The notes beneath the pieces were generated by a model. It did not search any database and was not told the origin of the DNA. It saw only the letters and a program-made list of their open reading frames with translations. Shown in pieces: positions 57,458 to 64,000 of a stretch of 64,000 nt of DNA (the first letter of the stretch is position 1; each line of letters begins with the position of its first letter). The DNA comes from Thermoanaerobaculia bacterium (lineage in GTDB: Bacteria > Acidobacteriota > Thermoanaerobaculia > Multivoradales > SZUA-115): NCBI GenBank assembly GCA_036274895.1, contig DASUEU010000027.1, positions 136,883 to 200,882 of the forward strand. The letters are read 5' to 3'. The translations under genes were made by a program, and so were the position numbers.

Positions 57458-57789
57458 CCTGCGGCCCCCACGGGCATCAGGGCCGTGAAGCCCAGGGTCA
57501 ACTCTTCCCAATGGCGATGGGCGAGCAAGGCGAAGAGGGCCGCCGCACCCAGCCACACGGCGAGCGGCGCGCCGCGGCGAACCATCGGCTTCGCCGCGAG
57601 GAAGGTGCGGTGCAGGACCGTCACGTAGAGGGCCCCGGCCGCCAGGGCCCAGCCGGCGAAGATCAGCCGATCCGCCGCCGCGCTGGCCAGGAAGCCTCCG
57701 AGGAGGATCGGCGCCAGCCCTCCCACCAGGGCCGCATACCAGCGCCACAGGGGATAGCCCGCTGCCGCGCCCGCCGTGCCCGCGCTCAT
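57454..57789 (-). CDS. Small membrane protein (111 aa, ~3 TM) inserted between AtuA-like and DUF4387 genes
   Basis: GGAGGAGG RBS. ATGA overlaps with both neighbours. Hydrophobic segments. Confidence 0.55.
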   Translation of the reverse strand: MSAGTAGAAAGYPLWRWYAALVGGLAPILLGGFLASAAADRLIFAGWALAAGALYVTVLHRTFLAAKPMVRRGAPLAVWLGAAALFALLAHRHWEELTLGFTALMPVGAAG

Positions 57790-59153
57790 ACCTCCTCCAC
57801 GCTGACCCGCACGTGGCGCTCCACCTCTTCGCGCGCCAGCAGAGCCGGCCAGTAGGCCACGATCGGCTGCGGCTTGGGCCGGCCGCCCGCGAAGCCGGTG
57901 ACTCCCGGCGGGCCAGAGGTGACCAGGGGTGCGATCTCCTTGCCGAAGCGCTCCACCCGCTCGGGCGAAGGGTCGCGCACTCCCAGGCGCAGCACCACCT
58001 CGGGCGGGTCCGCCGGGGGGGCGAAGATCCCGGGCAGGCACGCTCCCAGGCCCAGGTACTCCTCCGAACGGTTCTCGGGGGCGAAGACAGTGCCCGACCG
58101 CTCCAGCCGCTTCCACACGATCTCCGCCGCCAGACGGGCCTTCTCGAGCGCGCGCGGGCCGGAGACCGTGAGCTGCCCCGAGGCCTTGTAGCCGGCCAGG
58201 TAGGAGGCCGAGATCTTGAGGAAGGGAGTGTTGGCGCCGCCCCGAATTCCGGACACCCGCACCCGATCGGTGTCCTCTTGGGCGAGGCGGATGCTGGTGA
58301 AGTCCGCCGTCACGTCGGGGGTGACGTAAGAGCGGGGATCCCCCATCTCGTAGAGCAACTGCTCGGCGACGGTGTCGACCGTGACCATGCCGCCGGTGCC
58401 GGCGTGCTTGGTGACCACGAAGCTGCCGTCCTCGCAGACCTCGGCCACCGGGTAGCCGACGTTCCACAGGTCCGGCACCTCCCACCAGCGGGTGAAGTTG
58501 CCGCCCGTGCACTGCGGGCCGCACTCGAGGACGTGGCCGGCGATGGTACCTGCCGCCAGGCGATCCCAGTCCTCGCTTCCCCATCCAAACTCATGGATCA
58601 GAGGGGCGAGGGCCAGGGCAGTGTCGGTGATGCGGCCGGCCAGGACGATCTGGGCGCCCTGGTCGAGGGCCTCGACGGCGGGCCGCGCCCCCAAATAGGC
58701 GTTGGCGCTGGTCACCTTGTCGAGGTGGGCGGCGAGGGGCTCGCCGCTGTCCATGTTGGCCAGGGGGTGGCCCGCCGCCACCAGCTCCGGCAGGCGAGCG
58801 ACCAGGTCGTCTCCCTCGACCACGCCGACCCGAATCCCCGTCACCCCCAGCTCTCGGGCGACGGCGAAGATCCGCTCCCGGCAGGCACGAGGGTTCAATC
58901 CTCCGGCGTTGGTGAGGATTCGTGTTCCTCGTTTCTTCAGCTCGGGCAGGACGCGGCGGATGAAGTCGATGAAATCGGTGGCATAGCCCAGGGAAGGGTC
59001 CTTGAGCTTCTGCCGCATCATGATCGAGAGGGTCACCTCGGCGAGGTAGTCCATGCCGAGATAGTCGAGGGGGCCCCCTCGCAGGAGATCGACCGGGGCA
59101 TCGACGTTGTCCCCCCAGAAGCCCTGGCCGTTCCCCACCCGCACTTTCTTCAT
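57786..59153 (-). CDS. Acyclic terpene utilisation AtuA-family protein (DUF1446)
   Basis: N-terminus MKKVRVGNGQGFWGD typical of AtuA/DUF1446; ~455 aa. Confidence 0.7.
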   Translation of the reverse strand: MKKVRVGNGQGFWGDNVDAPVDLLRGGPLDYLGMDYLAEVTLSIMMRQKLKDPSLGYATDFIDFIRRVLPELKKRGTRILTNAGGLNPRACRERIFAVARELGVTGIRVGVVEGDDLVARLPELVAAGHPLANMDSGEPLAAHLDKVTSANAYLGARPAVEALDQGAQIVLAGRITDTALALAPLIHEFGWGSEDWDRLAAGTIAGHVLECGPQCTGGNFTRWWEVPDLWNVGYPVAEVCEDGSFVVTKHAGTGGMVTVDTVAEQLLYEMGDPRSYVTPDVTADFTSIRLAQEDTDRVRVSGIRGGANTPFLKISASYLAGYKASGQLTVSGPRALEKARLAAEIVWKRLERSGTVFAPENRSEEYLGLGACLPGIFAPPADPPEVVLRLGVRDPSPERVERFGKEIAPLVTSGPPGVTGFAGGRPKPQPIVAYWPALLAREEVERHVRVSVEEV

Positions 59154-59235
59154 AGAGCCCGTAAGGTTAGCACGGCAACATTTGGCCATCCGTCTCCCAC
59201 GAGCCGGGGTCTTGCATGTTTCTTGAAGCAGACGG

Positions 59236-59625
59236 TTGCAGATGGCTGGAGCAGACGAGAAGTGCTATCGCCGGGTGGTGATCGACGGCTTCGAGGTGCT
59301 GGTCGGCAAGAGCGCCGCCGACAACGACCGGCTGACCTTCCGGGTCGCCCGTCCTCGCGACTTCTGGATGCACGTCGCCGGCTACTCCGGGAGCCACGTG
59401 GTGGTGGTGAACCCCGAGGGCCTGGCCGAGCTGCCGCGGGAGGTGCTCCAGAGGGCCGCGGAGCTCGCAGCCTGGAGCTCGAAGGCGAGGGAGGCCGGGG
59501 GCAAGGTCGAGGTCCACGTCTGCCGGGCGAGCGACGTCTCGAAGCCCCGCGGCCTGCCGGCGGGCAAGGTGCAGTTGCGGAGATGGGATTCGATCCGCGT
59601 TTACGCGAGGGAAAGTGACGCTTAG
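59236..59625 (+). CDS. DUF814/NFACT-R domain protein
   Basis: FRVARPRDFWMHVAGYSGSHVVV motif of the NFACT-R (DUF814) RNA-binding domain. Confidence 0.6.
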   Translation: MQMAGADEKCYRRVVIDGFEVLVGKSAADNDRLTFRVARPRDFWMHVAGYSGSHVVVVNPEGLAELPREVLQRAAELAAWSSKAREAGGKVEVHVCRASDVSKPRGLPAGKVQLRRWDSIRVYARESDA

Positions 59626-59654
59626 AGCCGTCTACATGAGACGGAGGACGTTCG

Positions 59655-60002
59655 ATGCTCTACGAGAAGCTCAACGAGGAGATGCAGTACACCGTCGATG
59701 AGTTCGTCGGCCGCATTCGACCCCTGTCCTGGCGCCGACGCATCGACCTTCTGGCTCAGGCCGGCGCACCCTTCGCCGACCAGTTCGACGCCGCCGCGGC
59801 GAGCCTCGCGCTCAAGGGCTTCGTCACGGCGGTCCTCGAGCGGCTGAACCCCCTCGAGGTGGATGACCCCTTCCTCGCCTACCTGCTGTCCCTGTCGCTC
59901 AATCCGGAGCACAAGACGGCGGCGCTCGCCTACCTGGCGCGTCACCCGGATGCCCGTCGGCTGGTGGGGGAGGAGTGGGGAGTCGACGACGCGGTGAACT
60001 GA
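59655..60002 (+). CDS. Hypothetical protein
   Basis: 115 aa with coding-like codon usage; no motif recognised. Confidence 0.45.
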   Translation: MLYEKLNEEMQYTVDEFVGRIRPLSWRRRIDLLAQAGAPFADQFDAAAASLALKGFVTAVLERLNPLEVDDPFLAYLLSLSLNPEHKTAALAYLARHPDARRLVGEEWGVDDAVN

Positions 60003-60004
60003 CC

Positions 60005-61669
60005 TCAGGTCTGGAGCACGCCGGTCTTGAACTCGCCCAGGTGGGGGTTCTGGGCCACCGCCGCCAAAGCCCGACCGAGCACGCTCCGGGTCTCGGCCGG
60101 GTCGATGATCGCGTCCACCCACAGCCGGGCCGCGGCGTAGCGGGGGTCCATCGCCGCCTGGTAGCGAGCCTGGATCTGCGACAGCAGGGCCTGCCTTTCC
60201 TCCTCGCCGACCTCATCGCCCCGCTTGCCGAGCTGGATGGCGAGCAGGGTGCGTGAGGCTTGCTCGCCGCCCATCACCGAGATCGCCGCCGACGGCCAGG
60301 CGAAGACGAAGCGGGCGCCGTAGGCCTTGCCGCACATGGCGTAGTTGCCGGCACCGTAGGAGTTGCCCACGAAGAGGGTGATCTTGGGCACGGTCGAGTT
60401 GGCGACCGCGTTGACCATCTTCGCCCCGTCCTTGATGATGCCGCCCCGCTCCGCCCGTGACCCCACCATGAAGCCGGTGACGTCCTGGAGGAAGAGGAGG
60501 GGGATCTCTTTTTGGTTGCACAGCTCGACGAAGCGGGCTCCCTTGTCGGCCGAGTCGGAGTAGAGCACGCCGCCGATCTGGAGCTCCCGCTCCCGCTCGC
60601 CGGCGCCGGTCTTCTTGTGGACGATCGAGCGCTGGTTGGCCACCACGCCGACCACGCGGCCCTCGATGAAGCCCGTGCCGCAGATCAGGGTCCTGCCATA
60701 GGTGGCCTTGTACTCGTCGAAGTCGCTGCCGTCGAGTAGGCGGGCGAGGACGTCGTACATCTCGTAGGGCCGGGAGCGGTCCACCGGCATCACACCGTAG
60801 AGCTCCTCGGGAGGCCAGGCCGCTGGCGCCGGCTCCCGTCGAGCGAAGGGCGCCTCATCGCTCCGGGCGAGCTGGCCCAGCTGGCTGCGGATCTTCGCCA
60901 GGCACGAGGCATCGTCGGGGTGGCGGTGATCCACCACCCCCGAGACGTCGCACTGCACCAGGGCTCCGCCCAGGTCCTGGTTGTCGATCACCTCGCCGAT
61001 GGCAGCCTTCACCAGGTGAGCGCCGGCCAAGAAGATCGAGCCGGTGCCCTCGACGATGTGGGCCTCGTCGCTCATGATCGGCAGGTAGGCGCCCCCCGCC
61101 ACGCAAGGGCCCATGATCGCCGCCATCTGGAACACCCCCTCGGCGGAGAGGCGGGCGTTGTTGTAGAAGGCGCGGCCGAAGTGCTCCTTGTCGGGGAAGA
61201 TCTCGTCCTGCATGGGCAGGAACACTCCCGCCGAGTCGACCAGGTAGACGATCGGCAGGCGGTTCTCGAGGGCGATCTCCTGCGCCCGCAGGACCTTCTT
61301 GGCGGTCAAGGGAAACCAGGCACCGGCCTTGACGGTGGCGTCATTGGCGACCACGACGAAGTCGCGGCCGTGCACCCGGCCGATGCCGACCACCACCCCG
61401 GCGGCCGGCGCCCCGCCGTACTCGGCGTAGAAGCCGTGAGCCACCCACAGGCCCAGCTCGAGGAAAGGGGAGCCGGGGTCACAGAGGGCCGCCACCCGCT
61501 CGCGGGCGGTCATCTTGCCCAGCGCCCGCTGGCGGGCTTGTGCCGCCTCGCCGCCGCCCTGGCGGATGCGCGCTTCCTCCTCGCGCAGCGCCGCCAGCTC
61601 TCCCCGCCAATGCGCGGCCTGGCGCGCGAAGGCGTCGTCCTTCTTGAGCTTGGAGTCGATCGGCGGCAC
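60005..61669 (-). CDS. Acyl-CoA carboxylase carboxyltransferase subunit (methylcrotonyl/geranyl-CoA carboxylase beta-like)
   Basis: 554 aa with two crotonase-fold CT domains (VANDATVKAGAW, GGAYLP, FAWPSAAISVMG). Confidence 0.8.
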   Translation of the reverse strand: MPPIDSKLKKDDAFARQAAHWRGELAALREEEARIRQGGGEAAQARQRALGKMTARERVAALCDPGSPFLELGLWVAHGFYAEYGGAPAAGVVVGIGRVHGRDFVVVANDATVKAGAWFPLTAKKVLRAQEIALENRLPIVYLVDSAGVFLPMQDEIFPDKEHFGRAFYNNARLSAEGVFQMAAIMGPCVAGGAYLPIMSDEAHIVEGTGSIFLAGAHLVKAAIGEVIDNQDLGGALVQCDVSGVVDHRHPDDASCLAKIRSQLGQLARSDEAPFARREPAPAAWPPEELYGVMPVDRSRPYEMYDVLARLLDGSDFDEYKATYGRTLICGTGFIEGRVVGVVANQRSIVHKKTGAGERERELQIGGVLYSDSADKGARFVELCNQKEIPLLFLQDVTGFMVGSRAERGGIIKDGAKMVNAVANSTVPKITLFVGNSYGAGNYAMCGKAYGARFVFAWPSAAISVMGGEQASRTLLAIQLGKRGDEVGEEERQALLSQIQARYQAAMDPRYAAARLWVDAIIDPAETRSVLGRALAAVAQNPHLGEFKTGVLQT

Positions 61670-61770
61670 GGCCGGTGGATTATAGGAGAGGGTCTCCCGC
61701 CAGGACGCTTCCGCGAATTACGTCTACACCGTAGAGAGGTCGCCCGCGGCCATGCAAAGAGGAGGTAGAC

Positions 61771-62031
61771 ATGTTGTCCACATGCGAGTATGCTCTCGAC
61801 ATGAGCAAGATGATCCAGCTGCGCAACGTGCCGGACGACCTGCACCGCCTGCTCAAGGCGCGGGCGGCGATGGCCGGGATGTCGCTCTCCGACTTCCTCC
61901 TCTCGGAGGTGCGCAAGGTCGCCGAGCGGCCCACCCTCGAGGAGATGCTCGATCGGATCGCGGCGCTGCCGCCCGTCACCGTGAGTGTGCCCGCGGCGGA
62001 GATCATCCGCCAGGAGAGGGAAGGGCGATGA
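61771..62031 (+). CDS. Type II antitoxin (FitA/VapB-like ribbon-helix-helix)
   Basis: AGAGGAGG RBS; MIQLRNVPDDLHRLLKARAAMAGMSLSDFL typical of FitA-like antitoxins. An alternative start is at 61801. Confidence 0.7.
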   Translation: MLSTCEYALDMSKMIQLRNVPDDLHRLLKARAAMAGMSLSDFLLSEVRKVAERPTLEEMLDRIAALPPVTVSVPAAEIIRQEREGR

Positions 62032-62420
62032 TGGTGCTCGACGCCTCGGCCCTGGTGGAGCTCCTGCTGTCGAGCGAGAAGGGGCGGCGGCTGGGCTGGC
62101 GCCTCCGGCGCCGGGAGACCTCGCTGCACGCTCCCCATCTCATCGACCTGGAGGTGACGCAGACCTTGCGCCGCTACCTGCGCGCCGGCGAGCTGGAGCC
62201 CGCCCGCGGGCGGCTGGCGGTCGAGGCACTCGCTCAGCTCGCGGTCTACCGCCACCGCCACGACGTGTTGCTGCCGCGGATTTGGGAGCTGAAGGCCAAC
62301 CTCACCGCCTACGACGCCGCCTACCTCGCCCTCGCCGAGGCCCTCGAAGCCCCGCTGCTCACCTGCGACGAACGCCTGCTCTCCGCCCCCGGGCACCGGG
62401 CGCAGGTGGAGGTGGTGTAA
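62028..62420 (+). CDS. PIN-domain toxin VapC
   Basis: ATGA overlap with the antitoxin; MVLDASALVELL...DAAYLALAEAL PIN motifs. Confidence 0.75.
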   Translation: MMVLDASALVELLLSSEKGRRLGWRLRRRETSLHAPHLIDLEVTQTLRRYLRAGELEPARGRLAVEALAQLAVYRHRHDVLLPRIWELKANLTAYDAAYLALAEALEAPLLTCDERLLSAPGHRAQVEVV

Positions 62421-62436
62421 GTAGGATGGGCGCTCC

Positions 62437-63153
62437 ATGAGAATCCACCTCCTCGCCTTCGCCACCGCGGCCGAAGCTCTGGGCCGGGAGAGCACCGAAA
62501 TCGAGCTGCCGGAGGGGTGCCGGATCGGAGAGTTGCGGGGCCTGCTGGGCAGCCGCTTCCCGGCGCTCGCTCCGCTGTGGGGGCGCCTCGCGATCGCCGT
62601 CGACGGCGAGCTGGTGGGCGATGACCACCGGCTACCGGACGGCGCCGAGGTGGCCTTGCTACCGCCAGTGTCCGGGGGCAGCGGCAGCGAAGCGCTTCCG
62701 GCTCTAACCGAGGCTCCCCTCGACCTGGCGGCCGTGGCGGCTCGGGTGAGCTCGCCCGGCCGTGGCGCCCTGGTGCTCTTCTCGGGCACCGTTCGAAACC
62801 ACCACCGGGGCCGCGCCGTCGAGGCGATCACCTACACGGCCTACCGGCCGATGGCTGCTCGCCGAATCGAGGCCATCGTGGCCGAGCTGGAAGCCGAGGA
62901 GCCCGACCTGGCCGTGGCCCTCGTCCACCGCCTGGGCCGGTTGCGGCCCGGCGAGGCGAGCGTGGTGATCGCTGCCACCTCGCCGCATCGGGCCGCGGCC
63001 TACCGGGCCAGCCGCACGGCCCTCGAACGGCTGAAGGCCGAGGTGCCGATCTGGAAGCACGAGCACTACGCCGACGGCAGCTCCGCCTGGCGCGAGGAGG
63101 AGAGCCTGCTCAGCGCGGAGAGGCCGGAGCCGGTGGGCGCGGCTCGAGGGTGA
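62437..63153 (+). CDS. MoaD-MoaE fusion (molybdopterin synthase sulfur-carrier plus catalytic subunit)
   Basis: N-terminal ~90-aa MoaD-like domain ending ...LLPPVSGG, followed by a MoaE-like domain (VLFSGTVRNHH.G..V). Confidence 0.7.
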   Translation: MRIHLLAFATAAEALGRESTEIELPEGCRIGELRGLLGSRFPALAPLWGRLAIAVDGELVGDDHRLPDGAEVALLPPVSGGSGSEALPALTEAPLDLAAVAARVSSPGRGALVLFSGTVRNHHRGRAVEAITYTAYRPMAARRIEAIVAELEAEEPDLAVALVHRLGRLRPGEASVVIAATSPHRAAAYRASRTALERLKAEVPIWKHEHYADGSSAWREEESLLSAERPEPVGAARG

Positions 63154-64000
63154 GCGGGTCCCGCTCGGGCAGGTGCCGCCAAACCCCGGGCACCAGCAGC
63201 GAGAGCGGCGTTTTCTGACCTGGGTCGAGGCGCTCGATCTCCACCGAACGGCCGGCCACCAGCAGGATCATCTCCTGCGGCGACAGCACCTCGACCGCGG
63301 CTCGGCGGATCTCCTCGGGCGTGATCGTGGCCAACCGGCCGGGCAGGTCGCGCCAGGTGCGATGGGGCCGGCCGAGCAGGTCGTCCTCGGCGAAGGTGCC
63401 GGCCACCTCCTCGGCGGTGTCGAACTGGAACGGCAGGCCGTCGATGACGCCCTTCCTGACGAACGCCAGCTCCGCCTCGGTCGGGCTGGTCTGCCGCAGG
63501 CGCTCGATCTCGGCCAGGGCCATCTCCACCGCGAGCCCGACCTTCTCACCGCCGGTCTCGAACTGGATGCGCAGCTCACCGGGCCAGAGCTCGCCGGTGG
63601 TCAGGCGGGCTCCGGCCCGGTAGGCCAGCCCGGCCTCGCGACGCAGGCGGGTGGGGATGCGGGCACCTCGGCCGCCGAGCAGCTCACCGAGCAGCGAGAG
63701 GGCCTCGGCGCTGCGGTCCTCCCAGCCGGAGCGGCGTGCCGTCCGCTGCCCCAAGAGCACCTTGGCCTGAGCCAGGTCCCGCTCGATCAAGTAGACCCCC
63801 GGTGGCGAGGCGGCTGGAGGCGAGGGCGGCGGCCAGGGCGCCTTCTCCCCCACGGCCCAACCGGCGAAGCCCCTCTCGAGGGCCGCCAGCACCGCCGCGG
63901 GCTCGACGTCCCCCGAGATCGCGACGACCATCTCGGCCGGTTGCCACCACCGGCGGTGGAACTCCACCAGATCCTCGCGTCGGATCGCCGCCAGTCGAGC
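63110..64000 (-). CDS. M16 (pitrilysin/insulinase) family peptidase, C-terminal part; the gene continues past the right edge
   Basis: Inactive-half/C-terminal M16 domain pattern. The ORF has no upstream stop before the window end. Confidence 0.55.
   Translation of the reverse strand, partial: ARLAAIRREDLVEFHRRWWQPAEMVVAISGDVEPAAVLAALERGFAGWAVGEKAPWPPPSPPAASPPGVYLIERDLAQAKVLLGQRTARRSGWEDRSAEALSLLGELLGGRGARIPTRLRREAGLAYRAGARLTTGELWPGELRIQFETGGEKVGLAVEMALAEIERLRQTSPTEAELAFVRKGVIDGLPFQFDTAEEVAGTFAEDDLLGRPHRTWRDLPGRLATITPEEIRRAAVEVLSPQEMILLVAGRSVEIERLDPGQKTPLSLLVPGVWRHLPERDPLTLEPRPPAPASPR

Noticed and set aside
57113-57748. 211-aa ORF with a long Arg/Gly/Pro-rich N-terminal extension
   Set aside because: Only the last 114 codons (from MRARLERIAH, ATGA-coupled) look like a real DUF4387 protein. 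The extension overlaps the small membrane ORF in another frame.

Overview
High-GC (~70%) bacterial chromosomal window, dense with genes. Overlapping stop/start codons (ATGA/GTGA) and the gene content suggest a Myxococcota-like or similar deltaproteobacterial organism. I found no rRNA, tRNA, CRISPR array or obvious transposase or integrase. Because of the GC bias, most long antisense ORFs in the six-frame track are spurious. The main coding features, left to right, are as follows. (1) A minus-strand operon: three DUF5668 repeats, a LiaF-like protein, a LytS-type histidine kinase, a LytTR response regulator and an AI-2E transporter. (2) A PAS-GGDEF(degenerate)-EAL protein and a Ser/Thr kinase with TPR repeats. 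(3) The most coherent block, about 10.1-22.7 kb. It carries tryptophan 2,3-dioxygenase (kynA), kynureninase (kynU) and an aryl-CoA ligase. Opposite these is a minus-strand operon encoding a 4Fe-4S OYE reductase, a class A flavin monooxygenase, an acyl-CoA dehydrogenase, a crotonase, RidA, an SDR, a creatininase-family amidohydrolase and a methyltransferase. I read this as a tryptophan to anthranilate to 2-aminobenzoyl-CoA 'hybrid' aerobic degradation pathway. (4) Ogt; a PEGA protein with a striking Tyr/Trp-rich segment coupled to a GT2; an ECF sigma/anti-sigma/YbjQ operon; a sulfatase-TPR protein; and TetR plus a MacAB-like efflux system (FtsX permease, ATPase, MFP). (5) An accessory-looking stretch at 33.9-38.7 kb with a Cys-rich secreted protein carrying a somatomedin-B-like signature, an unannotated 57-aa Cys/His-rich small ORF, Phd/VapC, a cyanovirin-N-like lectin, and a dNK-like P-loop kinase with an O-methyltransferase. 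(6) A BNR/Asp-box propeller protein. (7) An 837-aa secreted protein with ~111-bp tandem repeats and a C-terminal tail-fiber-type (peptidase S74) chaperone domain, preceded by a small secreted partner. (8) A lower-GC islet at 46.3-50.1 kb encoding two membrane-anchored proteins of unknown function. (9) An S41 peptidase, a MarR-GNAT fusion, an SDR, a MATE transporter and a GT39/ArnT-like protein. (10) An AtuA-like (DUF1446/DUF4387) operon with an enoyl-CoA hydratase, and an acyl-CoA carboxyltransferase. (11) A second VapBC pair, a MoaD-MoaE fusion and a partial M16 peptidase. All functional calls are from motif recognition in the translations; no database searches were run.
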